IMG/VR virus record: IMGVR_UViG_3300032897_000002
Span: 17,533 to 81,532 of that record
Strand: one strand, 5' to 3'
Origin: a virus
Length of the DNA: 64,000 nucleotides
Positions 29,504 through 39,178 of the stretch are shown piece by piece; the first letter of the stretch is position 1, and each line of letters begins with the position of its first letter. The translations under genes were made by a program, and so were the position numbers. The notes under the pieces were generated by a model. It was not told where the DNA came from. It did no database searches and was given only the letters and a program-made list of their open reading frames with translations.

Positions 29504-29626
29504 AAGTAAGAAGCCCTGCCAGTAGTTACGAGCTGCTGACAGGGCCAAATCCAGCACGCGGGGTAAGCCGTATGCCGAATCTCTCAATCGCATTATCGGC
29601 TTGCTACCGCAGAAAGGCAAGCCGAA

Positions 29627-30565
29627 ATGACCTGTCACAACTGCAATTCCCGCTGCAAAGAATTTGGACGCCACCGCAACGGCCTTCAGCGCTTCCGCTG
29701 TAAGCAATGCCGCAAAACCTTTACCGAAGATCACGCCACGCCGCTGGGTGGCATGTATACGCGCCTGGAGGATGCGGCCAGGGTCATAGAACTTTTGACT
29801 GAGGGTTGCTCCGTCAGTAGCACCGAGCGCCTGAGTGGCATTCACCACACCACAATTTTGTCTTTGCTGGCACTGATGGGAGATAAGTGTGAACGGCTCT
29901 TGGAGAACCGGATTACCCGTCTCCCGGTATCCGATGTGCAAGTTGACGAGATATGGGGTTTTGTCGGCTGCAAAGAGCGCCGGAACGTGAACGGCGATCC
30001 GCTGCGCGGGGATGCCTATTGCTTTATCGGCGTTGAGCGTAACACCAAGCTCGTTCTGGCTTGGCACCTCGGAAGGCGAAGCGCCCGCGATACCCTGGCC
30101 TTTACCGAAAAGCTGGAGGGCGCCACGGCGGGACACTTCCAGATTACCACCGATGGCTTTAAGCCCTACTTTGACGCTATCCACACTTGCCTTGGCACCC
30201 GCGTTGACTACGGGCAGCTTATCAAGACCTTCGCCGGCACCACCGACGAAGAACACCGTTATTCGCCACCACAGGTGGTGGACATAACGATTAAACCGAT
30301 GTGGGGCCAGCCTGACCTTGGCCGTATTTGTACCTCGCATGTCGAGCGCAACAACTTGTCTATTCGCATGGGGATGCGGCGAATGACCCGGCTCACCAAT
30401 GCCTTCAGCAAGAAATGGGCAAACCGCAAGGCCGCTTATGCTGTGTGGTTCGCGTTCTATAACTTCTGCCGTGTTCATTGCACCCTTCGCGTTACGCCCG
30501 CCATGGCCGCTGGCATCACTGACCATATCTGGCCGGTCAGGGAACTTGTGGAGGCCGCCGCATGA
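29627..30565 (+). CDS. IS1-family transposase with zinc ribbon, HTH and DDE domains
   Basis: CHNC...GLQRFRCKQC, QVDEIW, TTDG, TSHVERNNL..RM..RR.TRLTNAFSKK. Confidence 0.92.
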   Translation: MTCHNCNSRCKEFGRHRNGLQRFRCKQCRKTFTEDHATPLGGMYTRLEDAARVIELLTEGCSVSSTERLSGIHHTTILSLLALMGDKCERLLENRITRLPVSDVQVDEIWGFVGCKERRNVNGDPLRGDAYCFIGVERNTKLVLAWHLGRRSARDTLAFTEKLEGATAGHFQITTDGFKPYFDAIHTCLGTRVDYGQLIKTFAGTTDEEHRYSPPQVVDITIKPMWGQPDLGRICTSHVERNNLSIRMGMRRMTRLTNAFSKKWANRKAAYAVWFAFYNFCRVHCTLRVTPAMAAGITDHIWPVRELVEAAA

Positions 30566-30654
30566 TGACCTTCGGATGTTGGCCGATCTGGCTCAGACCC
30601 CCACCATTTAAGCCAGCCCTCCCGGCTGGCTTTTGGTATTATTAGCACGTCTTT

Positions 30655-31542
30655 ATGCGCCCAGTACTGAAGTGTATTACCGTGGTCGTCGTCTTGGCAT
30701 CGGTAGGGTTTGTCTGCGCTCAGGGCACGCCAGAAAAGGGGATCGTTAAAGACAACAGTGGTCTCCATACCGAGATATCCACAGACTCCGAGAAGGATAA
30801 AGACCGCACCCAGAATGTAACGGTGGTCGTAAACCCAGAACATCCCCAAAACCTGAAATCCAATGCAAAAGAGACCGACGAAGATATAGACACACAAAGG
30901 AATCTTGTCCGCTTCACAAAGTTGCTTGTTGTCGTCGGCGTTATTCAATCCGTTATTTTGGCTATTACCGGCCTTATTCTCGGCCTCCAGATTTTCGCTA
31001 TGATATCCAGCGAACGCGCTTGGCTCTCGGTCAAAAGGGTCGGCAATCCGCCAGAGGATTGGCTTAATCGCGTTAAGTCGAGTTATGTGGTTGGCGTCAT
31101 ACTGGAATTTAGTGTATTCGGGAAAACTCCAGCTAGAATAACCGAGGCGCGTTTTGCGCTCCGGCTTATTCCAACGAAGAATAACTCTCGACGCCGCGAG
31201 CCCGACCTTCCCGAAAATCCAAACTACGCAGGCATAACCGGACTCGAAATTACGGGTAAGAATACGATTGTTATTGCTCCCGGCGGCGATTTCAGAATCC
31301 AAGAGTTTCTTTCCCCACCCCCCAAGCCGGAGGATTTGGAAGAAACGAGGGACGGCAAGAAAGTATTGTGTGTCTATGGGTTTATCAAGTACAAGGATGC
31401 ATTCGGGAGAGGCAGAGAAACAAGGGCGTGCTTCGTTTATGACTTTTCGTTCGGGGGCATACTCAGAAGCCCCGATGGGATAGTGCTTAATCCGGCTGGC
31501 TTCCGCCCAGGGGGTTCGGCAGCCTACAATCAAGCAACCTAA
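30655..31542 (+). CDS. Membrane/secreted hypothetical protein, probable IS passenger
   Basis: Signal peptide, an internal TM segment, and the SERAWL motif after the TM. Confidence 0.55.
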   Translation: MRPVLKCITVVVVLASVGFVCAQGTPEKGIVKDNSGLHTEISTDSEKDKDRTQNVTVVVNPEHPQNLKSNAKETDEDIDTQRNLVRFTKLLVVVGVIQSVILAITGLILGLQIFAMISSERAWLSVKRVGNPPEDWLNRVKSSYVVGVILEFSVFGKTPARITEARFALRLIPTKNNSRRREPDLPENPNYAGITGLEITGKNTIVIAPGGDFRIQEFLSPPPKPEDLEETRDGKKVLCVYGFIKYKDAFGRGRETRACFVYDFSFGGILRSPDGIVLNPAGFRPGGSAAYNQAT

Positions 31543-33490
31543 CAGCAAGCTCAACGAAATACGTCTCGGGCAGATTCCACCCAAACATCAACTCAATCGC
31601 CCTTTTAGCTAGGATGGGGCAGTGTATTTGGATGGCTTCAACCACAGTTCAAAGTTAAATGAACGCCAGAATTGTGCGGGGGTCCGGAAGTTGGCTCCCA
31701 TCCCCAAATTACCTAGCAACGCACTCTTAGCCGAGCACCCTCGGGTTGGCTGATGTCATCCATGCCCCGAATCTAAAGCAGCCAGAATCCGTTGTCAAGC
31801 CCAAAGTGACAAACCACGTCCATGCCATCGACACGATTTGTCATCTTTTAACATTTCGATGGGTTTTAGAGCAATTCCAGTGCCAATGCAAACCAGCAAA
31901 CCCCACACCCTCATTAGCTTACAAACCCATCGAATTTAACTCCTTTCTCGTCTTATGGAACCCAGCTTGCACTAGACTATGGCATGACCCAGCGAGACAA
32001 ACTCGAAAGGCTTGATAAGCGGATAGCAACCCTACTCAAGCGTACTCAAGCTAAAGGACTTGCACCGCTGAAACAGTGCTACACTCTGCACGATGAGATT
32101 GCAGACCTGCGAGCCCGGAGAGTTGCGCTGGTGTCCGGTATGACAAAAAAGGTCAGCCGAATCTAATTCTCTTGGAGGGATGAGTCAATGAGAGACACAG
32201 ACAGAGCCGCAAAGGACGCGGCTAAACTTGAATCGCGCAGCTATCAGGAAATCGCCCACTTTGCGAACGAGTTAAGCCACTACATCACCGACCTGGAATT
32301 TGCCGCCGAATATGAAGCCCGCGCCCAGGTGGCAACAGACGGCAATGTGAGCGGACTTGAGGCAATCGTCCACTGCCTCATGAACCGCCTTGAATACGCC
32401 GGGTTGGTTCCACATTCCGCCACGCCCGAACTCCTGGCAGCGTGCAAAGAGGCACACAAGTATTTTGTGAACATGCCTGGCAACCTCGAAAACGGATTGA
32501 GAGAAATGCTTGGCTCCGCCATTGCCAAGGCCGAAGCCCGCTAGTCCGCCGGTCACGGGTCGGCGGTCCGACTCGTGAGCGATGGGCTAGAAAAGAGCCG
32601 CAAGGCGGCAGGAGGAACCCAAAATGACGGTCATTGTCCACGCTGAAAATACGACGCTGGCAGGTCAACGGTGCTGGAAAGACATCGAAGACCTTACGCT
32701 GCTTGATGACGTAGCCATTTACGAGGGAACGCCCGAAGAACTGCGTCAGGTTGCCAACCACTTGCGCAAAACTGATGGAGCACTAGGACGGGCCAATGCG
32801 TACCGCGACCGCGTTGCTGCCACCATCGAAAGCGCGTTGTCTTACGAAAGCTAATCCCAAGGGGTGGGCAACCCCGCAGAGAGGAACGAACCATGACCAC
32901 CCTACAGCAATTAGAAGCGCTCGAAGCAGCGGCCAACATCATACTGGATTGCCGTATCAAGTGCGCCTCCTCCGCTGGACCGCTGGCTTTTCTGCGCGAT
33001 GCTTCAAAGTATCTCGAAGCCGAGTCACGCCGGCTCTTCGCCACCCTTGACCCGGAGGCGCCCGCCAATGCCTGACGACTACACCATAACGCTCTCGCTC
33101 TGGGAGGATTTGAGAACGGGAGACTTCGGCTTCTCGGTCTGGGATGAGCGCCAGCCGCAGGAGTGCGAGGCGTACCAAACGGGTACTAAATCTGTGAAGA
33201 TGGAGGACTGAGAAATGTTTGACCCAAATCCAGAGACACGCAACCCCTTGAAGTTCTCAGATGTTGCCTTCGCGTGCTCGCTTCACTGGTGCATAACCGA
33301 AAAAGCCGCACTGGCGTACTTACAGCGCAACTTTGCGACACCGCGAGAAGCGTTGCACCACCTCAAGGATAATCTCAGTTCCGCACCCAACGCTTTTTGG
33401 GAACAACTGTAGCCCTTTCCGACCTCGGCGGGAGCCGTGCGGGGGCTCCCAGCGAGGCCAGAATAGAACGGCTTCTAAAGGGATGAGAAA

Positions 33491-34432
33491 ATGAGATTCA
33501 AGCCAACGAGATGGGTACCGAAAGACTCCGAGACCTTCAACCACCCGGACGGCTTAGGGGTTTGCTACCTCTACCCGCTGCGCGATGGGGCGGGGTTGGT
33601 CGGCTACGGTGGCAAGCGCAATAACCATGACTTTCACTTCTCGTACAAGAGCCGCGAGAAGGCCTTGGAGAAGATCAAGGAATACTTCGACAGCCTGTCC
33701 GCCTCCGCGAAGTACAAGGCCGACCGCCGCGAGGAGCTACGCAACCGGCAGCCCGACCCGAGCAACCCCAGCCTAGCCGAGACGGCACAACTGGTTCGTG
33801 AGTGCCTCGCGCAAGCCTTCCCGCGTACTAAGTTTTCGGTGCGGTCCGAGTCCTATTCAATGGGGTGCAGCATTGATGTCTGCTGGACGGACGGCCCGAC
33901 CGCCAGCCAGGTTAACCCGATCTTGAACGCCTTCGAGCGTTGCGGCTTCGATGGAATGCAGGACCTCAAAACGTACAACGGCCCGTCCATCTACAAGGGC
34001 CGGGTGATGCACTTCGGGGCCGACTACGTACAAGGACAGCGAACCGAGTCCGCCGAACTGCTGCGCGAGGCCGCCTTGACGGTGGCTTTCGAGTGCGACC
34101 TGCCCTTGCTGGTCCTTGGCCCTAACGGTTGCTTCGAGGACGGACAGCACCGCGTTGACTGGGTGACGTACAAGAAAGATGACGGCTCGGTCGGCTTGTC
34201 GCATTGCAGCTGGCGCGGGGAGAACTACGCGCAGTTGATCTACCAAGTGGCGCGGGGCACCTCGAAGGAAGAAACACAGCCCGGCGTTGAACTGCCGCAC
34301 CTTCAGGCGAAGGAAGAGAAACCGGCCAGCGATAACGCACGGCTGGCGGGCGCAATCTGGGGCGAGGACTCCAAGCAGGCGCGGGAGTTTGAAGCCATCG
34401 CCTCGCAGGAGCCCAGCCGCATGGTGAATTGA
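33491..34432 (+). CDS. LPD29 (large polyvalent protein domain 29)-containing protein
   Basis: ETAQLVR..L..AFP.TKFSVRS..YSMG.SIDV.WTDGPT...FDGMQD, in the plus-strand early cluster. Confidence 0.75.
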   Translation: MRFKPTRWVPKDSETFNHPDGLGVCYLYPLRDGAGLVGYGGKRNNHDFHFSYKSREKALEKIKEYFDSLSASAKYKADRREELRNRQPDPSNPSLAETAQLVRECLAQAFPRTKFSVRSESYSMGCSIDVCWTDGPTASQVNPILNAFERCGFDGMQDLKTYNGPSIYKGRVMHFGADYVQGQRTESAELLREAALTVAFECDLPLLVLGPNGCFEDGQHRVDWVTYKKDDGSVGLSHCSWRGENYAQLIYQVARGTSKEETQPGVELPHLQAKEEKPASDNARLAGAIWGEDSKQAREFEAIASQEPSRMVN

Positions 34433-35598
34433 GGGTTTGCCGACCCCGTGACTCATCCCGCGAGGTTGGCCGGTGGGGGCATCGGGGACCAAGGCTCGAT
34501 GTTCCCCCGAGCAACTTTGAGGGAGGCGAATAACATGAACACACCAGGACAGGAAGGAATCGAGGCAGCTAAGGCAGACGACGCGGTGCGCAAGATGCGA
34601 GACGCCTGCTTCCACGACATGCTTGAATTGGTCAAGCGGTGCGCCAATGACGACGCAGCCAAGATCAACGGGAGAACCGCGCTTCTCGTTCTGCGCGATT
34701 GCATTCTGGAATCCGGCCCGCAGGGGTTTGGCTTGAACCTAGACGCCGAGCCAGACCCTCGCGAAGCGCTGATTAAGGAACTCACCGACGCACTTAAAGG
34801 GATTGCAAGCCTTTGGCCCGAACAGACCGCTGCGCCCATCAACCCGGAATGGGTTGGACCCAATGACGGCAAAATGCGGGCGATTCTGCTTGAGGCGGCG
34901 ATTATAAGCGCCCGCGCTGCTCTCACCAAGGCCGCCGAATTCAAAGAGAAAGCGGGGACCGGAAAATGAGCACCTACTACCTAACCGAAGAAGGCGAGAT
35001 TAACCTGGCCATCATCAACCGCGAGCAACGGCGCATCGAAACCCAGCGGGCTTGGTTGCGCGGCTACGGCTGGGGATTCGCGGCTGGCATCGCGTTGACG
35101 TGCCTGCTGTTCTTTTTGTGGTTGAACTAAGGAGCCGCCATGCCTGAAAAAGTTCAGCGCATCATCGACGCCTTCCGAGCTACGCATCCCACCGCGACCG
35201 ACATTCGTGTATCATGCGTGACGAGGAAGGCGGTCTTTCTAAAGTTTCACACCCCAGTCTTAGGACCCGCTGGGGTGTATGTTGGAAGGTTCGAGAAGAA
35301 GCAAAAAGGAGGTGAGGCTATCATGGCGCACCCCGACGAAAGCCGGGCAGCTAGGCGCTAGTCCCGCGCCCAGGCTCCCACAAAGGGACCGGGGGTCTGG
35401 GCGAGTGATTGGAGGACGTATGAAATCAAACAGGCCCGTTAAGCTGCGAGACAAGGACACCATCAAGCACCGCGATGGGGAACGGATAAGCGTCTGGGTA
35501 AAAGAGTGGCCTTGCGGCTGCGTCTATTCCTGTTCGAGCCAGGACTTCCTTGCTTTGTGCGAGCAGCACGAAGCCGTTTTGAAATCAGGGAGGCAGCC

Positions 35599-36393
35599 GT
35601 GAAACGGATCAAGGCGAGCTACCATGTCGAAGAATCCAACGAATACTTTTGCAAGAAATGCGCCAAGCGCTACAAGGCTACGGAAATCCAGATCGACGTT
35701 GACAAAGGGCGCATGTTGGCGTGGTGGTGCCCGAAAAATCACCCGGTAAAACTCATCGGCAAAACAGCCTTGCCCTGTCCGATGTGCGGAGCGACATACA
35801 AAAACTATGCGGGCGAAGCAAAGCCGTTTCGTGAGGAAGGAAGACCCTGCGACTCTTGTATGTCGGAATATGAACGCATGAAAAAAGCCGTCGCGGCACT
35901 GGAGAAGGAAACGGCTGGCATGGAAATACGTGCAGTTCCAGCCTGGGTATCAATGCCGACGCCTGCGTTTTCTGAAATTGAATTGGGGCACCTCTTCCTT
36001 AAACTTGTCCTACTTGTTGGAGTGCCCTCTGCGTCCTCGAAAGAATATAACACGCCAAAGATTCCCACTCCTTATCACGCCGATGGCGCTGGGCCAGTCT
36101 ACGAGGTAAGAAAATATAGCCCTGAGCAAATCGACGCCATTCAAAAACTGTATGACGGGATTGTAGAGGTCATCCGGCTCACAAAAGAGGAAGGGCGTAG
36201 CGAAGGAGAGCAATTTATTACCCGTCTGGCCGCCGGGGAAATCAGCGTGGAATCTATGAACAAACACGCACTCAATAACTACCACGCCGATAAGGTGCAA
36301 GAGGTATTTGAACTGGCAACTTCAGGAAGGCAGCTAAAAAAGGATGAAGAGTGGAAGCTGAAACGAGAAATTAGTTCAGCGCTTCAGCGCTAG
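35599..36393 (+). CDS. Zinc-finger hypothetical protein
   Basis: GTG start after SD GGAGG; several CxxC pairs. Confidence 0.55.
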   Translation: MKRIKASYHVEESNEYFCKKCAKRYKATEIQIDVDKGRMLAWWCPKNHPVKLIGKTALPCPMCGATYKNYAGEAKPFREEGRPCDSCMSEYERMKKAVAALEKETAGMEIRAVPAWVSMPTPAFSEIELGHLFLKLVLLVGVPSASSKEYNTPKIPTPYHADGAGPVYEVRKYSPEQIDAIQKLYDGIVEVIRLTKEEGRSEGEQFITRLAAGEISVESMNKHALNNYHADKVQEVFELATSGRQLKKDEEWKLKREISSALQR

Positions 36394-36597
36394 GGAGGCA
36401 ACCATGCTCTATGATTCCTTGGACGACTACGAGGCCGAGAACCCCACCCCCGCCGAGTTTCACCGCATGGAGGAACTCAGCATCAACGATTATTTGGAGA
36501 TTTTCGCCATCATCCACGATTCACGCGACAACATGGGACTGGCGGGCTTCCGGCCGATCACGTTGCAGCCTTCCGCGACTGACCAACGGAGGAAATC

Positions 36598-37020
36598 ATG
36601 CGACCCGCAATCTTAATCCTTTTGCTGTCCTGTGCGCTGCACGGCCAAGTCCGGCCCGCCGCGTTCAGCACGACCCCGCCCGCGCATGTCACCACTGACA
36701 AAGCCTTCTGGCGCCTTGTGGCGGCCGATATTGCGCTGAATAGTGTGGACGTGGCGACGAGCCTGTACGACTTCCACGCAATCCACGCCGGAGAATCTAA
36801 CCCGCTATTCGGGCATCACCCCTCGACGGCGCGGTTCTCAGTGCAGTACGCCGCGATGTCGGTTGGCTATATCTGGCTTGCGCACCGGCTCGACAAGCGG
36901 CGCCCGCGAGCGGCCCGCATGATGCTGCTTATTGATATCGGCATTGAAGTTGACTGTGTCCAGAACAACATCCGCCTGATGCAATACGTTCCCACCCCCC
37001 CGCGTTTACCTCGCGGGTAA
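36598..37020 (+). CDS. Membrane protein (DUF5658-like E.NP motif)
   Basis: Signal peptide, then D..TS...ESNPL and hydrophobic helices. Confidence 0.5.
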   Translation: MRPAILILLLSCALHGQVRPAAFSTTPPAHVTTDKAFWRLVAADIALNSVDVATSLYDFHAIHAGESNPLFGHHPSTARFSVQYAAMSVGYIWLAHRLDKRRPRAARMMLLIDIGIEVDCVQNNIRLMQYVPTPPRLPRG

Positions 37021-37031
37021 GCCCACCAACA

Positions 37032-37061
37032 CAAAAGGGGCAGGTTTTCCCCGCCTGCCCC
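37032..37061 (-). terminator. Intrinsic terminator at the convergence of plus and minus operons
   Basis: GGGGCAGG/CCTGCCCC stem followed by TTTT on the minus strand. Confidence 0.65.
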
Positions 37062-37311
37062 TCCCACCTTGGCTATTGAGTTTCGATTGGAGTTTCCTCG
37101 ACCTCGCGGTAGACCAGCCGGCCGCTGGGAAGTTCGTCAATCAACTGGAACATGAACACGGCGCCCTCGGGGGTATCGAGCCGATAGGCGTCTCCAACCG
37201 GCTTACCCCGTTCCATCGGAGCGACTAAAACGGCCCCGTTTTGAAATCTCAGCAGCGCGTCCATGATCGTCAACTTCCACGGGTTAAATGTGCATGATTA
37301 GAAATGGGTTG

Positions 37312-38619
37312 TCAAGGGATTTGTGTTGTCTCAATGGCCGCAAAACGCATGGTCGAGATGTTGAATAGGCAATCAATGTGCCCGATGCTGCCGTTACGAT
37401 TTTTTAGGATGTATATCTTGGCCTGGGTCTGGTCCCCTTCGAGATCACGCACAAATGGACGGTCGATGAAAAGAATCGTGCTGGCATCATTGGCCTTTGC
37501 ACTGCCACCGAACAGCCGGTGACGACTTGGCTTGTCGGCCCGTTCGCCTTGTTGCAACTTGCGGACCTGAGAGAGTAGAAATACCGGGATGTGGTTGCCC
37601 ATCGCGACTGACTTACACGCCCTCGCGACGGTGTTCTGTTTCTCAAATTCCGTCTTTCCGGGTGCGTCCACCAATTCGTCATAATCGACCATCATAAATC
37701 CTAGGTTCTTCCGGCGACGGATTTCCATAGCGGCTGACGTTACCCTGGACACGCTCAGGTTGCCAGACAGCACCGAGCACTTATCGCATTCTCCCGCAGC
37801 GAAATCCAGCACCAGATTGAAGTCTGTCTTTTCCATTTCCCACGGGTTTCTGAATTTTCGTAGCGGAATCCCGGTTCGACTCGCGGCTTCGCGTGCCGAT
37901 AGCTGCTCTCCGTCCATCTCTCCCGAGCAATATAGGCCGTGGATACCGCGCTTACACGCGGCCCGCCGAATCTGCCTGGCAAATACGGTTTTCCCTACGC
38001 CCGTTTCGGCTCCGATGATGACAAGTTCTCCCGACCTGAATCCTCCCAACTCCGCATCCAGCTTTTCGATTCCGGTCACCACCACGGCGCGGCTCTGGGA
38101 CTCCAAGGATGCCGCCATTTCGATGGCGTTATCCCGCTCCGCAGCCGTCGAATGGTCCGATAGAAGATCGCTTTCCAACTCGCGCAGAAATTTTATCGTT
38201 CCCTCTGCGATGTCAGCCGGGTCATCGGTGGCAAGTGAAGCTCTGGCGATTATCGCCATTCCCGCCTTTATCATGCCCCTCAGCATCGCATAGCGCTTCA
38301 GGATGCAGCAGTCTCCGTGGTAGTCGGCCGAACAGTTCCCAAAATCCGTGAGGCTTTCCATAAAGACCGGACCGCCGCACTTTTCCATGAGTCCGCTTGC
38401 CGTGATCCTCTCGCAGAGCTTCGGCATGTCGATAACGGTTCCCTCTTCGACCATGCTTCGAATTGCCTCAAAAATCAACTTGTGCTTGTCGGAGTAAAAA
38501 TGCTCGGGCTTTACCAGCGAGCAAATTTCCTGCACCGCTTCCTGGTTCGTTCCGACCGCGCACAGAGAGAGAATGGCTAATTCAATTTCTTTCGACCACG
38601 GCATGTTCTGGGGAATCAC
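37312..38619 (-). CDS. dnaB: DnaB-like replicative helicase
   Basis: DnaB N-terminal domain, GAETGVGKT, SGEM, MVDY, LLSQ, KNRNG. Confidence 0.92.
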   Translation of the reverse strand: MIPQNMPWSKEIELAILSLCAVGTNQEAVQEICSLVKPEHFYSDKHKLIFEAIRSMVEEGTVIDMPKLCERITASGLMEKCGGPVFMESLTDFGNCSADYHGDCCILKRYAMLRGMIKAGMAIIARASLATDDPADIAEGTIKFLRELESDLLSDHSTAAERDNAIEMAASLESQSRAVVVTGIEKLDAELGGFRSGELVIIGAETGVGKTVFARQIRRAACKRGIHGLYCSGEMDGEQLSAREAASRTGIPLRKFRNPWEMEKTDFNLVLDFAAGECDKCSVLSGNLSVSRVTSAAMEIRRRKNLGFMMVDYDELVDAPGKTEFEKQNTVARACKSVAMGNHIPVFLLSQVRKLQQGERADKPSRHRLFGGSAKANDASTILFIDRPFVRDLEGDQTQAKIYILKNRNGSIGHIDCLFNISTMRFAAIETTQIP

Positions 38620-38629
38620 GATTACTCTC

Positions 38630-39178
38630 CTAGCTAATTTTACGGAATATCCCAGTTGCTTTAGAGGAATTCAAATCCGATTTACGATCCCCTCCCGAGC
38701 CTAAGCCTAAGCCTAAGCCTAAGCCTAAGCCTAGGCAACCATTGGTTTCCTTTTGGTTAGCCAATGGGTAGCCGTTAGAGATGTGGTGGCTGTCCATAAA
38801 TTTCCTTAACTCATCGACTGGTGGGGCAGGCCCAAGTTTTTCATGCCTTTCTTTGTCGCTAATCCTGCTTGCTGGCGGAAGCCTGCCTGGTTTGTTGATA
38901 TTCGTCCAAAATCCATAATGATGCTCATCCACTGTGTACCGAAACAGAAGACCAGAAGATTCGAAACAATTAAGCATTTCAACAATAAATTCAACCGTTA
39001 CTTCCGGCAAAAGTAGGCTGTACCTTGTGGACCAGATGATCTCGGGATCACACTCGAAGACCCCGTTAGCCAAGGCAAGCGTCAGTAGGTAGGGGTAATG
39101 AAGTCTGTATATTGGGGGGACTTTGCGGAGGGTTTTACTTGTGGCAATTGCCTCGCCATCAACGATTCTTTTGGGCAT
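38630..39178 (-). CDS. Probable phage replication initiator/organiser
   Basis: Adjacent to dnaB; wHTH-like N-terminus and a GLGLGLG linker typical of such proteins. Confidence 0.6.
   Translation of the reverse strand: MPKRIVDGEAIATSKTLRKVPPIYRLHYPYLLTLALANGVFECDPEIIWSTRYSLLLPEVTVEFIVEMLNCFESSGLLFRYTVDEHHYGFWTNINKPGRLPPASRISDKERHEKLGPAPPVDELRKFMDSHHISNGYPLANQKETNGCLGLGLGLGLGLGSGGDRKSDLNSSKATGIFRKIS
38699..38732. repeat. (GCCTAA)n tandem repeat encoding a Gly-Leu repeat
   Basis: Five to six tandem hexamers in frame within the replication gene. Confidence 0.9.

Noticed and set aside
29051-31584. Long minus-strand ORFs of 491 and 369 aa
   Set aside because: They are antisense shadows of the plus-strand transposase and passenger genes and carry no motifs.
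38699-38732. Replication iterons or telomere-like repeat
   Set aside because: The repeat is in frame and encodes a Gly-Leu linker of a type common in phage replication proteins.
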